Source: Pseudomonadota bacterium (GTDB taxonomy: Bacteria > Pseudomonadota > Alphaproteobacteria > SHVZ01). Taken from it: a stretch of DNA of 64,000 nucleotides. Each line of letters starts with the position of its first letter. The stretch's first letter is position 1. The notes under the pieces are model-generated. The model was given only the letters and a program-made list of their open reading frames with translations. It did not search any database and was not told the origin of the DNA. The stretch covers positions 63,093 to 127,092 of the forward strand of contig JACQAG010000071.1 in the NCBI GenBank assembly GCA_016195085.1. The letters are read 5' to 3'. The position numbers were made by a program, and so were the translations under genes. Below, piece after piece: positions 29,030 to 40,061 of this stretch.

Positions 29030-30016
29030 CTACAGCAGGTCGCGCAGCATGGCGATGAGAGGTTGATCGGCCGGAGGCATCGGATACTGGGATAGCCGCG
29101 CCGGCCGGACCCAGGTCAATTCCTGGCCCTCGCGGGCGGTGACGATGCCGCGCCAGCGCCGGCAGACGAAGAGCGGCATCAAGAGATGGAAGTCGACATA
29201 GCGATGCGAGGCGAACGCGATCGGCGCCAGGCAGCTCTCGGAGGTATCGATGCCCAGCTCTTCGGCCAGCTCGCGCACCAAGGCAGACTCCGGGGTCTCG
29301 CCTGCATGCACCTTGCCGCCCGGGAACTCCCAGAGACCGGCCATCGCCTTTCCGGGCGGGCGTCTTGCCAGGAGCACGCGGCCATCGGCGTCGACCAGTG
29401 CGGCAGCGCTCACCAGCACCACCGGCAGCTCCACGGGCGCTGACCGACGCGCCGGATCGCAGCCGGCATGCTCGAGGTGATAGAGCGCGACCGGGGCCGA
29501 CAGGCCGCGCGCCGGGAATTCGTGCACCGCCTCGCCGACGAGCCGGAAGCCGCAGCCGATGAGCACCTTGGCCGAGCGGACGTTCTCGGTGTGCACGGTG
29601 GCGGTCAGACGCTCGAGATTGAGCTCTTCGGCGGCGAAGGCAGCGACCGCCTGCACGGCTTCGCTGGCGAAGCCTTGGCCCCAATAGGCACGGCCGAGCC
29701 AGTAGCCGATCTCGCCGGCATCGGGTCCGGCGACGATGAGGCTGATCCCGCCGATCAGCGCCATGTCCTCGCGCTTGAGCAGCACGAGATCGAGCTCGCC
29801 GGTGAGCGTGAGCGGCCGGGACGCCTCGGCGATCCAAGAGCGGGCCGCGTCGGTATCGTAGGGATGCGGCATGCGCGCGGTGTAGCGCGTCACCTCGGCG
29901 TCGGCCGCGAGCGGGGCGATCGCCTCCGCATCGGCCGGTTCTGGACGACGCAGCACGAGGCGCTGAGTGGCGAGCGGCAGTCTCCGCTCGATGGCGTCAG
30001 CTGCGGTAGCTGCCAT
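29030..30016 (-). CDS. Fusion protein: N-terminal GNAT acetyltransferase (RimJ/RimL-like) plus C-terminal Nudix hydrolase (MutT-like)
   Basis: GNAT region ([17 protein letters not shown]...GFRLVGE). Nudix box [24 protein letters not shown]. Overlaps the argJ 3' end by 20 bp. Confidence 0.7.
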   Translation of the reverse strand: MAATAADAIERRLPLATQRLVLRRPEPADAEAIAPLAADAEVTRYTARMPHPYDTDAARSWIAEASRPLTLTGELDLVLLKREDMALIGGISLIVAGPDAGEIGYWLGRAYWGQGFASEAVQAVAAFAAEELNLERLTATVHTENVRSAKVLIGCGFRLVGEAVHEFPARGLSAPVALYHLEHAGCDPARRSAPVELPVVLVSAAALVDADGRVLLARRPPGKAMAGLWEFPGGKVHAGETPESALVRELAEELGIDTSESCLAPIAFASHRYVDFHLLMPLFVCRRWRGIVTAREGQELTWVRPARLSQYPMPPADQPLIAMLRDLL

Positions 30017-31226
30017 TGATGTCGACGTAGCGGTGGGTCAAGTCGCAGGTCCATACCGTAGCCTTGCCCTTGCCGACGCCGAGATCGACCTCGATCAGGA
30101 TCTCGCGGCCCTGCATGTGGCGGGCGACCGGCGCCTCGTCGTAGCCCTCGACCCGGGCCCCGTTCGCGGCGACGGCGACGCCGCCGATGCGGATCGCCAG
30201 GCGGTCGCGCTCGGCCTTCTCTCCGGCCTTGCCGACCGCCATGACGATGCGGCCCCAATTGGCGTCGCCCGCCGCGACCGCCGTCTTCACCAAGGGCGAG
30301 TTGCCGATCGCCAGCCCGACGCGCCGTGCGGCGCGCTCCGAGGCGGCCCCGGTGATCCGGATCTCCACCAGCCGCTCCGCCCCTTCGCCGTCGCGCACGA
30401 CCTGGAGGGCGAGATCGCGCATGACCTCGTGGAGCGCCTTGCGGAAGGGAGCGAGCCGGCGGTCGCCGGCATTCTCGATCGGCGCATGGCCGGCCTGCCC
30501 GGTCGCGAACAGGAGCAGGGTGTCGCTGGTCGAGGTGTCGCTGTCGACGGTGATCGAGTTGAAGGTCTTCGGCGTGCCCTCCGACAAGAGCTTCTGCAGG
30601 ATCGGTTGCGCGATGCGGGCGTCGGTGAAGATGAAGCTCAGCATCGTCGCCATGTCGGGCTGGATCATGCCGGAGCCCTTGGCGATGCCGTTGATGGTGA
30701 CCGGCATGCCGTCGATCTTGACCGTCCGGGTCGAGCCCTTGGGATAGGTGTCCGTGGTCATGATGGCGCCGGCCGCCTTCGGCCAGGCGTCGCCGACAAG
30801 GCTCGCCTTGAGCTCGGCCAGCTTGGCGATGATGCGGTCATCGGGCAGCGTCTCGCCGATGACGCCGGTGGAGGCGACGTAGATCTCATCGCCGGCGCAG
30901 CCGAACAGCGCCGCCGCCGCCGCCGCCGAACGCTGGACCCCGTCGCGCCCCGCGGCACCGGTGAAGGCGTTGGCGTTGCCGGCGTTGACGACGAGCACGC
31001 GGGCGCGGCCATGCGCCAGCGCTTGGCGGCACCATTCGACCGGTGCCGAGGCGGTGAGCGAGCGGGTCAACACGCCCGCAGCACCAGTCCCCGCCGCCAG
31101 CGACACCAGCAAGAGATCGATGCGGTCCTGGTAGCGGATACCGGCGGCGCAGGCGGCGATGGCGACGCCGGCGATCGGCGGCAGATCGGGAAAGCGCAGG
31201 GGCGCCAGCGGCGAGATTTGGGTCAT
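29997..31226 (-). CDS. argJ: Bifunctional glutamate N-acetyltransferase / amino-acid acetyltransferase ArgJ
   Basis: Start taken at [10 protein letters not shown]; ArgJ hallmarks [11 protein letters not shown] (autoproteolytic Thr site) and C-terminal VDINGSYRS. Confidence 0.85.
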   Translation of the reverse strand: MTQISPLAPLRFPDLPPIAGVAIAACAAGIRYQDRIDLLLVSLAAGTGAAGVLTRSLTASAPVEWCRQALAHGRARVLVVNAGNANAFTGAAGRDGVQRSAAAAAALFGCAGDEIYVASTGVIGETLPDDRIIAKLAELKASLVGDAWPKAAGAIMTTDTYPKGSTRTVKIDGMPVTINGIAKGSGMIQPDMATMLSFIFTDARIAQPILQKLLSEGTPKTFNSITVDSDTSTSDTLLLFATGQAGHAPIENAGDRRLAPFRKALHEVMRDLALQVVRDGEGAERLVEIRITGAASERAARRVGLAIGNSPLVKTAVAAGDANWGRIVMAVGKAGEKAERDRLAIRIGGVAVAANGARVEGYDEAPVARHMQGREILIEVDLGVGKGKATVWTCDLTHRYVDINGSYRS

Positions 31227-31291
31227 GGAGCGAACCGGCTTCAGGAGGCGATCGTGATGGTGGACGAGGAGGGGCGGCGGCTCCGCCGCTT

Positions 31292-32200
31292 TTATTCGGT
31301 GCGCGGCGTGCCGTCCAGGTTGAAGCGCTCGAGCTTGGCGCCGTCGCGAAGCTGCTTCACCACGTCGGTGATGATCTGCTGCGAGAGCTCGCTGGTCAGC
31401 TCCTCGCGCGCCTCCTCGAAGCTGGGCGGCTGCGAGCGGCGCTTGTCCTCGACCCGGATCACGTGCCAACCGAAGCTGCTCTTCACCGGCTGCTCGCTGG
31501 TCTGTCCCTTGGCGAGCTTGAAGGCCACCTCGGAGAATTCCGGCACCATCTGATCCTTGGTGAAATAGCCCAAATCGCCGCCGCCGGTCTTGGCGCTGGG
31601 ATCGATCGACTTCTTCCGCGCCACCTCGGCGAAATCCGCGCCATTCTTGAGCTCGGCGATGACCGCCTTCGCCTCATCCTCGCTCTGCAACAGGATATGG
31701 CGGGCGCTCACCTCCTCCTGGCCGGGATTGTCGGCCACGAATTTGGCATAGCGCTGCTTCAGCTTGTCGTCGGTGACCTGCTTCTGCACCTCCTTGGTGA
31801 GGTAGGACTCCTGGATCAGCCGATCCTCGAAGTTGACCAGCCGATGCTTGAGCTGCGGGTCATCCTGGAGCTTGAGGGTCCGCCCGGCAGCCGCGATCAG
31901 CTTGAGGTCGACCAGGCGATCCACCAGGAGCGGATAGAGCACGTCCTTCGGCATCTGCTGGTATTGCTGGGGCAGCTGCTGGGCGGCGCCGGCGAGATCG
32001 GAGCGGTAGATCGGATCGCCGTTCACCTTGGCCACGACCGGATCGGCGTCCGGCTTGCCGACTTGGCTCTGCGCGCCGGCGAATCCGCCGGGGGGTGCGG
32101 CGGGGGCTTGGGCGCCGGCTGGGGAGGCGGAGCCGAGAGCGATCAGGGCGACGGCGGCGAGCGCCAGGGCGAAGCGGACGAGGCCGGCGGAGCGGGGCAT
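31292..32200 (-). CDS. Parvulin-type peptidyl-prolyl cis-trans isomerase (SurA/PrsA-like, periplasmic)
   Basis: Signal peptide [31 protein letters not shown]; rotamase domain SARHILL...GGDLGYF...FGWHVIRV. Start at 32200, with GAGGA upstream. Confidence 0.75.
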   Translation of the reverse strand: MPRSAGLVRFALALAAVALIALGSASPAGAQAPAAPPGGFAGAQSQVGKPDADPVVAKVNGDPIYRSDLAGAAQQLPQQYQQMPKDVLYPLLVDRLVDLKLIAAAGRTLKLQDDPQLKHRLVNFEDRLIQESYLTKEVQKQVTDDKLKQRYAKFVADNPGQEEVSARHILLQSEDEAKAVIAELKNGADFAEVARKKSIDPSAKTGGGDLGYFTKDQMVPEFSEVAFKLAKGQTSEQPVKSSFGWHVIRVEDKRRSQPPSFEEAREELTSELSQQIITDVVKQLRDGAKLERFNLDGTPRTE

Positions 32201-32351
32201 CACGGAAATCACATCCTCGATTGGCGGAAAAAAAGACAAGCGCGGCACCCCAGGGAGCGCCCGCGCGTCTCCGCTAATCATAGCCCACGATCCAGCCCCG
32301 ACAAGCGGCAAGCCGCTCGCCCGTGCAATCCTGCTCAGAATCCGCCCGGGC

Positions 32352-33152
32352 TCAGACCGTCACGTTGACCGGATTGCCGCCGGCCACCAGGGAGAGCCCG
32401 CCGCTCGAGGGCAGCGGCACGGCCAGATCGAAGCTGAGTCCGGTCACCGCACCGGCGCCAAGCCAGCTCTGGCTGCCATCGGCACCGGTCAGGCTGAGCC
32501 CGAGGCCGTTGTCCGAGGAAGCCGCGGCAACGTCCGAGAAGCTGCCCACCGACACCGTGGCATCGAGGCTGGTGCCGAGCTCGGCAAAGCGGGCCTGCAA
32601 TTGCCCGCCATCGGCGCTCACCTTCAGGTTCTCTTGCGCGGCCTTGACCGCGACCTTGGCTTCGCCGAAATGCGCCTCGCCGCCGGCGCTGCCCGCCCCG
32701 CCGCCGCTGGCCTTGAGCGAGACCTCTTGGACCTTGAGCTGGAACTTGCCGCCGGCGCCGGCAAACTCCACCGAGACGCCTTTGAAAGCCAGCGTCAGCC
32801 GCGCCTCTTGGGAGGCCGATCCGGCCAGCACGTGCGCTCCTGCCTCAGTCTTGGCGATCTCAGTCACCTGGTCGGCGACGGCGTGGGCCACGCTCGGTTC
32901 GAGCCCGATGGCGCGGACCACGTCATAGACGGAGTCGCGGGCCAGGCCCAGGCCGCGGGCGAAGGCCGCCCAGGCCGCGACCTCGAGGCTGCTATTGCCC
33001 GCGTTGGTTTCATGCACGCTGGTTGCGATGTGATTGTCCGGCGGGTGATGGGTCGGCCTGAGATGCAAATCCCCGGACTCGGCGAATGCCAGCCGACTCT
33101 GAACCAGAAGATTGCCATTGGCGTCGGAGGACGCCGGGAATGATGGCAACAT
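32352..33152 (-). CDS. Hypothetical protein (no recognisable domain; Gly/Ala/Ser/Val-rich)
   Basis: Strong SD AAGGAGG 7 nt before the ATG at 33152. Third-codon-position GC bias typical of genuine genes in this genome. No signal peptide. Confidence 0.55.
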   Translation of the reverse strand: MLPSFPASSDANGNLLVQSRLAFAESGDLHLRPTHHPPDNHIATSVHETNAGNSSLEVAAWAAFARGLGLARDSVYDVVRAIGLEPSVAHAVADQVTEIAKTEAGAHVLAGSASQEARLTLAFKGVSVEFAGAGGKFQLKVQEVSLKASGGGAGSAGGEAHFGEAKVAVKAAQENLKVSADGGQLQARFAELGTSLDATVSVGSFSDVAAASSDNGLGLSLTGADGSQSWLGAGAVTGLSFDLAVPLPSSGGLSLVAGGNPVNVTV

Positions 33153-33494
33153 GACAGACCTCCTTCTGAGGTTTGGTGTGCCAAAAACATCTAACCCAAT
33201 GACCTAGCTCGGCATTTTGCCGCGCGCCGGCATTGGCTGGGCCATAGGCCCAAGGCGCATGGACACCATGCACTAGTAGAATATTAATGCAGGCGCGGTT
33301 CTTATTCAAGATGCCACCCGCATGGGCCGAAAACCGGCCGTCGCGGCCGGCCCTTCGCGGCCGCCGGGCCCTCGACGGCCTCGGGGCAGTCTCGTTGACA
33401 GCCCCGGCCGCTCCACCTATCTCTCAAGCGTTCCGCGCGGATCGAAAGGCCCGGCGGCCTTCGTTCCAGTGATCCATACCCCCCGAGGCCACTC

Positions 33495-36212
33495 ATGTTC
33501 GGCGCCTTCGCCCGAAGCCTGTTCGGCAGTGCAAACGACCGCATCCTCAAACCTCTGCGCAAGGAGGTGGCGGCCATCAACGCGCTCGAGCCCGAGCTGG
33601 TGACGCTGAGCGACGACGAGCTCAAGGCGCGCACCGAGTGGCTGAAGGCTCGTTGCGCCGCCGGGGAGAGCCTGGACGAGCTTCTGGTCGACGCCTTCGC
33701 CACCGTGCGCGAAGCCGCCAAGCGCACCTTGGGCCAGCGCCATTTCGACGTGCAGCTCCTGGGCGGCATGATCTTGCACAAGGGCCGCATCGCCGAGATG
33801 AAGACCGGCGAAGGCAAGACCCTGGTGGCGACGCTCCCGGTCTATCTGAACGCGCTTGCCGGCAAGGGCGTCCACGTCGTCACCGTCAACGACTATCTCG
33901 CCCGCCGCGATGCCGAATGGATGGGCCAGATCTACAAGTTCCTGGGCCTCACCGTCGGCGTCATCGTGCACGGCATCGACGATCCCGAGCGCCAGGCCGC
34001 CTATCGCTCGGATGTGACCTACGGCACCAACAGCGAGATGGGCTTCGACTATCTCCGCGACAACATGAAGTTCCGCCTGGAGGACATGTGCCAGCGCGAG
34101 TTCTTCTTCGCCATCGTCGATGAGGTCGACTCCATCCTCATCGACGAGGCGCGCACGCCGCTCATCATCTCCGGGCGCACCGAGGATTCCTCCGAGTCCT
34201 ATCGCCGCGTCGACCGGCTGATGTCGAAGCTCGTACGCGACGACTATGAGATGGACGAGAAGCACCGCACCGCCACCTTGACCGAGGCGGGCGTGGAGAA
34301 GTTCGAGACTCTGCTGCGCGAGGCCGGCCTGTTGAATGAGGGTACGCTCTACGATCTGACCAACGTCTCGCTGGTGCATCACCTCAACCAGGCGCTGCGC
34401 GCCAACACCCTCTACCTCAAGGACCGGGACTACATCGTCAAGGACGACAAGGTGGTGCTCATCGACGAGTTCACCGGCCGCATGATGGAGGGCCGCCGCC
34501 TGTCGGAGGGCCTGCACCAGGCGATCGAGGCCAAGGAGAACGTCGAGGTGCAGAGCGAGAACCAGACGCTCGCCTCGATCACCTATCAGAACTATTTCCG
34601 CATGTATCCGAAGCTGGCCGGCATGACCGGCACGGCGATGACCGAGGCCGGCGAGTTCAGCGAGATCTACAAGCTGGACGTGGTCGAGATCCCGACCAAC
34701 ATGCCGATGATCCGCGCCGACAAGGACGACGAGGTCTATCGCACCCAGCGCGAGAAGGTGGACGCGATCGTGGCGCTCATCGAGGAGGCGCGCACCCGCA
34801 TGCAGCCGGTCCTGGTCGGCACGGTGTCGATCGAGAAGTCCGAGGCGCTGTCGGAAGTCCTGAAGGGGCGCAAGATCCCGCACCAGGTTCTGAACGCCCG
34901 CTATCACGAGCAGGAAGCCTATATCGTCGCGCAAGCCGGCCGGTCGGGCGCCGTCACCATCGCCACCAACATGGCCGGCCGCGGCACCGACATCCAGCTC
35001 GGCGGCAACTTCGACATGCGCGTGCGCCAGGAGCTGGCCGGCGTCGAAGATCCCGAGCTCAAGCAGCGCGGCATCGAGCGCATCAAACGCGAGATCGAGG
35101 CGGCGCGCGAGGTGGTGCGCCAGGCCGGCGGCCTGTACATCATCGGCACCGAGCGCCACGAGAGCCGGCGCATCGACAATCAGCTCCGCGGCCGGTCGGG
35201 CCGCCAGGGCGATCCGGGCGCCTCCAAGTTCTTCCTGTCGCTCGAAGACGACCTCATGCGCATCTTCGGCTCCGACCGCATCGACGGCATGCTGCAGAAG
35301 CTCGGCATGAAGGAAGGCGAGGCGATCGTCCATAGCTGGATCAACAAGGCGCTCCTGAAGGCGCAGCAGAAGGTCGAGGCGCGCAACTTCGAGATCCGCA
35401 AGCAGCTTCTGCGCTTCGACGACGTCATGAACGAGCAGCGCAAGGTCATCTACGAGCAGCGCCGCGAGGTCATGCGCGCGAGCGACGTCGCCGAGATGAT
35501 CGAGGGCATGCGCGAGCAGACCATCGACGATCTGATCCGGCGCTGCATTCCCGCCAACGCCTATGCCGAGAAGTGGGACGTGCATGGACTGCACACGGAG
35601 GTGCTCCGCATCTTCAACCTCGATCTGACGGTCGCCGACTGGGCGAAGGAGGAGGGCATCGCCGACGAGGCGATCCGGCACCGCCTGACCGACGCGGTCA
35701 ACCGCAAGATGGCGGAAAAGGCGGCGAACTACGGGCCGGAGCTGATGCGCTATGCGGAGAAGAGCCTGCTCCTGCAGATCCTGGATACGACCTGGAAGGA
35801 GCACCTCTTGGCGCTCGACCATCTGCGCCAGGGCATTTCGCTCAGGGCCTATGCGCAGCGCGACCCCTTGAACGAGTACAAGAGCGAGGCTTTTGTTCTG
35901 TTCGAGGAGCTGCTGTCGCGGCTGCGCGATCAGGTGACGATGACTTTGGCGCACCTCGAGCTCCGCTTCCGCGGGCCGGAGCCCGAGCCGGCGCCCTCCT
36001 CGGAGCTGGTGAGCGAGCCGGCCGGTGCGGGAGAGGGCGGGGCGCGGGGCGAACGCAGCCAGCGCTTGCGGCCGCGCGCCGTCGGCATGGCCGTCGACGC
36101 CGCCGATCCCACCACCTGGGGCAAGGTCGCGCGCAACGCGCCCTGTCCCTGCGGCTCGGGCAAGAAATACAAGCAGTGCCACGGCAAGCTGGGTGCCACG
36201 GCGGCGAACTAA
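33495..36212 (+). CDS. secA: Preprotein translocase ATPase SecA
   Basis: Walker [14 protein letters not shown]-like motor motifs, C-terminal zinc-binding [14 protein letters not shown]; 905 aa. Confidence 0.95.
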   Translation: MFGAFARSLFGSANDRILKPLRKEVAAINALEPELVTLSDDELKARTEWLKARCAAGESLDELLVDAFATVREAAKRTLGQRHFDVQLLGGMILHKGRIAEMKTGEGKTLVATLPVYLNALAGKGVHVVTVNDYLARRDAEWMGQIYKFLGLTVGVIVHGIDDPERQAAYRSDVTYGTNSEMGFDYLRDNMKFRLEDMCQREFFFAIVDEVDSILIDEARTPLIISGRTEDSSESYRRVDRLMSKLVRDDYEMDEKHRTATLTEAGVEKFETLLREAGLLNEGTLYDLTNVSLVHHLNQALRANTLYLKDRDYIVKDDKVVLIDEFTGRMMEGRRLSEGLHQAIEAKENVEVQSENQTLASITYQNYFRMYPKLAGMTGTAMTEAGEFSEIYKLDVVEIPTNMPMIRADKDDEVYRTQREKVDAIVALIEEARTRMQPVLVGTVSIEKSEALSEVLKGRKIPHQVLNARYHEQEAYIVAQAGRSGAVTIATNMAGRGTDIQLGGNFDMRVRQELAGVEDPELKQRGIERIKREIEAAREVVRQAGGLYIIGTERHESRRIDNQLRGRSGRQGDPGASKFFLSLEDDLMRIFGSDRIDGMLQKLGMKEGEAIVHSWINKALLKAQQKVEARNFEIRKQLLRFDDVMNEQRKVIYEQRREVMRASDVAEMIEGMREQTIDDLIRRCIPANAYAEKWDVHGLHTEVLRIFNLDLTVADWAKEEGIADEAIRHRLTDAVNRKMAEKAANYGPELMRYAEKSLLLQILDTTWKEHLLALDHLRQGISLRAYAQRDPLNEYKSEAFVLFEELLSRLRDQVTMTLAHLELRFRGPEPEPAPSSELVSEPAGAGEGGARGERSQRLRPRAVGMAVDAADPTTWGKVARNAPCPCGSGKKYKQCHGKLGATAAN

Positions 36213-36246
36213 GGGCGGCGCGGCTAGTCTCCTCGGTGCCTTCTTA

Positions 36247-36282
36247 ACTCGTCATGCGCGGGCTTGACCCGCGCATCCACGT
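36247..36282. repeat. REP element family D, copy 2 (first stem-loop module only)
   Basis: CTCGTCATGCGCGGGCTTGACCCGCGCATCCACGTC, 9-bp inverted arms ATGCGCGGG/CCCGCGCAT; located immediately after secA. Confidence 0.65.
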
Positions 36283-36320
36283 CCTGCGCCGGTGCCGTGC
36301 GCAGTTGCATGCGCATAAGA

Positions 36321-36392
36321 TTCACCACAGAAACACGGAGAACGCGGAGAATTGATCATTCCTCTCCGTGTCCTCCGTGTCTCCGTGGTGAA
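36321..36392. repeat. REP element family E (CACGGAGA-type), copy 1
   Basis: TTCACCACAGAAACACGGAGAACGCGGAGA...TCTCCGTGGTGAA. A second copy lies at 48542..48623 (TTCACCGCAGAGACGCGGAGAGCACGGAG...TCTCCGTGGTGAA). Confidence 0.6.
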
Positions 36393-36454
36393 CTTTCTTT
36401 CTTGCTATGGCGGCGTTGATTGGAGCCCAGTGTCGGCTGAGCTAGGCTGACGTC

Positions 36455-37270
36455 GTGATCAGGAACGTGTTCGAGCCATGGCTCACCCGCTGGCACCTGA
36501 GGCCGGTTGGCGAGGCCTTCAAGACACAGCACTCCGGTAGCCACCTCATACCGGTGCTCTACGGGGGCGCTCCAGCGATGCTGAAGATCGCGCCCGGCTT
36601 GGAGGAACGCCGAGGAGCAGTGTTGATGGTCTGGTACGGCGGGAACGGCGCCGTTCGCGTGCTGGAGCTTGAGGGCGAGGCGGTGCTTCTCGAGCGAGCG
36701 ACTGGCCGGCGCAACCTCGCCGACATGGCGAGAAACGGCCAGGACGATGCTGCAACTCATATCCTCTGCGCTACGATCACGCGACTGCACGCGCCTCGGG
36801 CCACCGTACCGCCGACAACCCTCGTCCCCCTGTCCATCTGGTTCCGGGAGCTGACGCCGGCTGTCGCGCCTAACCACGAGATTCTCGCCAAGTCCGACAT
36901 GGCCGCGCGCGAGCTCCTGTCGGCACCGCGTGATGTCGTGGTGCTGCACGGCGACATTCACCACGGCAACGTCCTCGATGGCGAGGGCCGCGGCTGGCTT
37001 GCCATCGATCCCAAAGGCCTAATTGGCGAACGCGGTTTCGACTATGCCCACATCATGTGTAACCCGGATAGAGAGATGGCTACCGCGCCGGGCCGGCTAC
37101 GGCGCCAAGCGCAAATCGTGGCGCAGATCGCCGGGCTGGATCTGACCCGCCTACTCATGTGGATACTGGCTTATGCTGGCTTGTCCGCATGCTGGACGTT
37201 GGATAGTGGCGGCGATCCCGGACCGGCGCTTGCAATCGCGGAAATCGCCGTGGCCGAGTTGACCACGTGA
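36455..37270 (+). CDS. Aminoglycoside O-phosphotransferase, APH(6)/StrB-like (streptomycin kinase family)
   Basis: Catalytic motif VLHGDIHHGNVLDGEGRGWLAIDPKGLIGERGFDYA matches APH(6) (HGDLHHEN...IDP). N-terminal kinase lobe (LIPVLYGGAPAMLKIAPG). Confidence 0.7.
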   Translation: MIRNVFEPWLTRWHLRPVGEAFKTQHSGSHLIPVLYGGAPAMLKIAPGLEERRGAVLMVWYGGNGAVRVLELEGEAVLLERATGRRNLADMARNGQDDAATHILCATITRLHAPRATVPPTTLVPLSIWFRELTPAVAPNHEILAKSDMAARELLSAPRDVVVLHGDIHHGNVLDGEGRGWLAIDPKGLIGERGFDYAHIMCNPDREMATAPGRLRRQAQIVAQIAGLDLTRLLMWILAYAGLSACWTLDSGGDPGPALAIAEIAVAELTT

Positions 37271-37302
37271 CGTGGATGCGCGGGTCAAGCCCGCGCATGA
37301 CG
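37267..37302. repeat. REP element family D, copy 3 (inverted orientation)
   Basis: GACGTGGATGCGCGGGTCAAGCCCGCGCATGACGAA is the reverse complement of the D1/D2 module; overlaps the APH stop codon. Confidence 0.65.
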
Positions 37303-37430
37303 AACTATATGGATGTGGGGAACCACCGCTGCTGCGCCCGAAGATGGCGAGCACATCGCGGATGTCGGCGCCGCTGCGGTCGGCGGCAGCGCAATAGCAA
37401 ACAGGGCCGCCTCGGGCGGCCATCCCGCTG

Positions 37431-38960
37431 TTAGTCGCCGCGCGCTTCGTGTCTTCCCGGCGCACTAGGCGCTGGGTTCCCGTTCTCGCGCGAGTCGCTC
37501 GACGCGTGCGGGCCTCGTCTTGCATGCATCGGTATGAGCCAGGTTGCGATCAGGGTCAGCGCCGCGCTGATTGCAACGCCCCAAAAGCTCAGATGCAGCG
37601 ATCGATCGAACAGAGTTCGAACCGCCGGATTGCCGGCGAGCTCGGCCAGCCCGGTCGGATGGCTGAGCAGCTCATGCACGCCGATGCCGAGATCGCCGCT
37701 GCCATAATGCGTGATGCCGACGTTGAGAAGGGCGCCCAGCACCGTCGCGCCCAATGTGCTGCCGAGGCTGCGCGCGAAGATGACGGATGCGGTGGCGCTG
37801 CCGCGCCTCGACCACTCGACGCTCTCCTGCACCTGCGCGATGGTGGTGATGCTCATGATCCCCATTCCGAACCCCATGAAGAACGAGCCGATCCCGACCA
37901 TGATCGGATCGCTCTCGGGGGAGAGGAACAGAAGGAAGGTGGCGCCGATCGGAAAGAGCGCGCTGCCGGTCCGGAGCGTGCGCCGGATCCCGAAAGCGCG
38001 ATAGAGCCGGCTCGACAGCATGACCGACAGCGGCCAGCCGACCGTGAGCATGGTGATGGTGAAGCCGGCGACGATCGGCGAGCGGGCAAGCACGCCCTGA
38101 ACATAGAGGGGAATGACCGTGGTCAGGCCCAGGAGCGCCATGCTCGCCAACAGGGTGGCGACATTGACAGTGAGGATGAGCCGCCGCGTCCAGAGCTCGA
38201 TCGACACGATCGGTTCGGGCGTTTGTTTTTCGTGCAGCAGAAACCAGCCGCCGGTGAAGAGCAACAGGAGGCCCAGCGGCACCAGCATCGAGAGGCCGGC
38301 CTCGATCTCGGTCAGGATGATCAGGAGAGAGCCGGTCGCCACCGAGAAGAGCAGCGCCCCCAGATAGTCGATGCGCGCCTGTTTGTGCTCGACCCGCTCG
38401 GCCAGAAACACCGCGAAGCCGATGATCGCGGCGATGCCGATCGGGATGTTGATCCAGAAGATCCAAGCCCAGGAGACCGTGTCGACGATGATGCCGCCGG
38501 CGAGCGGGCCCAGCACGCCTGAGGTCGCCCAGACGGTCGACATGACGCCTTGCACCCGACCCCGCTCCTCGATCTTGTAGAGGTCGCCGATCACCGTCAT
38601 CGTCACCGGCTGGATCGCGCCCGCACCCAGCCCCTGCAGGAACCGGAAGCCGATGAGTGCCGTCATCGACCAGGCGTAGCCGCACAGCAGCGAGGCGATC
38701 AGAAAGACGACGATGCCGGCGATCAAGGTCGGCTTGCGGCCGAAGATGTCGGCGAGCTTCCCGTAGATGACGGTCGTCGTCGATTGCGCGAGCAGAAAGG
38801 CGGAGAACACCCAGCTGTAATGGCCGAGGCCGCCGAGCTGGCCGACGATGCCGGGCATGGCGGTGGCGACGATGGTCGCCTCGATGGCGACCATGAAGGT
38901 GGCCACCATGATCGCGGCGATGACGAACGGGCGCTTCGAGGGATGGACGGCGTTGGACAT
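37431..38960 (-). CDS. MFS transporter, DHA2 (EmrB/QacA) 14-TMS drug:H+ antiporter family
   Basis: 14 hydrophobic segments; DHA2 motifs (GKLADIFGRKP, LQGLGAG); start taken at MSNAVHPSKRPFVIAA. Confidence 0.8.
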   Translation of the reverse strand: MSNAVHPSKRPFVIAAIMVATFMVAIEATIVATAMPGIVGQLGGLGHYSWVFSAFLLAQSTTTVIYGKLADIFGRKPTLIAGIVVFLIASLLCGYAWSMTALIGFRFLQGLGAGAIQPVTMTVIGDLYKIEERGRVQGVMSTVWATSGVLGPLAGGIIVDTVSWAWIFWINIPIGIAAIIGFAVFLAERVEHKQARIDYLGALLFSVATGSLLIILTEIEAGLSMLVPLGLLLLFTGGWFLLHEKQTPEPIVSIELWTRRLILTVNVATLLASMALLGLTTVIPLYVQGVLARSPIVAGFTITMLTVGWPLSVMLSSRLYRAFGIRRTLRTGSALFPIGATFLLFLSPESDPIMVGIGSFFMGFGMGIMSITTIAQVQESVEWSRRGSATASVIFARSLGSTLGATVLGALLNVGITHYGSGDLGIGVHELLSHPTGLAELAGNPAVRTLFDRSLHLSFWGVAISAALTLIATWLIPMHARRGPHASSDSRENGNPAPSAPGRHEARGD

Positions 38961-39121
38961 CGAGCGTTCCCGTTCGGAAGGCGGAACACCGCCAGCCTGA
39001 TGAGGCTGACCCGCGGAGGCCGCAGGGAATCCGCAGAGAAACGAAATCGAGCGGCGCGTCAAGCAAAGGCTCCGCGACCTCCGCGCCTCCTCCGCGAATT
39101 CAGCGGTAAATATTCAAGAAA

Positions 39122-40061
39122 TCAGCGGCTGTTGTGGCCGAAGATGGCGAGCGCGTCGCGGATGTCGGCGACGGCGCGGTCGACGGCGGACTCGCCCTCG
39201 GCGATGACCTCGTCCGCCCGGTGGAACTCCAACAGACCGATATGGCCGACCCGGGGCGTGATCGTCACGTCCGGCGGCTCGCCCGCCAGGCGCGAGCGCG
39301 CCAGCCGGTCCTGCACGATATTGAGGGCCGAGACCATCACCCCGAACATGCTGGGCGCATCAGGATCCCGCCCGAACATGCGGGTGAGGAAATTGTCGGC
39401 ACGCCATCCCGTATCGTCTGGCCGCGTCTCCTCGAGCTCGGCCAGGAGGTCGAAGCCGGCGACAGTCGGATAGGTGCGGCCGGGCCGCCTCAGCTTGCCG
39501 ATGAGATCGGCATGCAGGTTGACGGCGATGGTCATCTGCGCGCCCATGGCGCGGCACACCGAGACCGGCACCGGGTTCACCAAGGCGCCGTCGATCAGCC
39601 AGCGGTCGCCCAGGCGCACCGGGGGAAAGACGCCGGGCATGCTGAAGGAGGCGCGCATCGCGTCCACCAGCGGGCCCTCGCGCAGCCACACCTCGTGCCC
39701 GGTCGAGAGGTCGGTGGCGATCGCGGCGAAGGGCTGCGGCAGATCGGCGATGTCGAGGCCGCCCAGATGGTCCTCCATCTCCTTCAAGAGGCGGGCGCCG
39801 CCAATCATGCCGCCGCCGCCCAGCTTGAAGTCGAGATAGGAGACCATGCGGAACTTGGTGAGGCTGCGCGCCCAGACTTCGAGCTGATCGATGCGGCCGG
39901 AGAGATGCGAGCCGCCGACCAAGGCGCCGATCGAGGTACCGCAGACGATGTCGGGCTTGATGCCGAGGCGCCCGAGGCCGCGCAGCACCCCAAGATGCGC
40001 CCAGCCGCGGGCGACCCCGCTGCCGAGGGCCAAGCCGATCAGCGGGCGCTGCATCGCCATC
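39122..40061 (-). CDS. Patatin-like phospholipase (RssA-like)
   Basis: GxGxxG (GLALGSGVARG) and GTSIG nucleophile-elbow motifs; catalytic DGA(L). Start overlaps the stop of the upstream MFS gene (TGATG). Confidence 0.8.

Noticed and set aside
36243-37305. APH(6) gene as part of a transposon or insertion sequence
   Set aside because: No transposase, resolvase or integrase ORF, and no IS-type terminal repeats. The flanking inverted repeats are copies of genome-wide REP elements, so only REP-mediated mobilisation or recombination remains as a hypothesis (reported as a finding).
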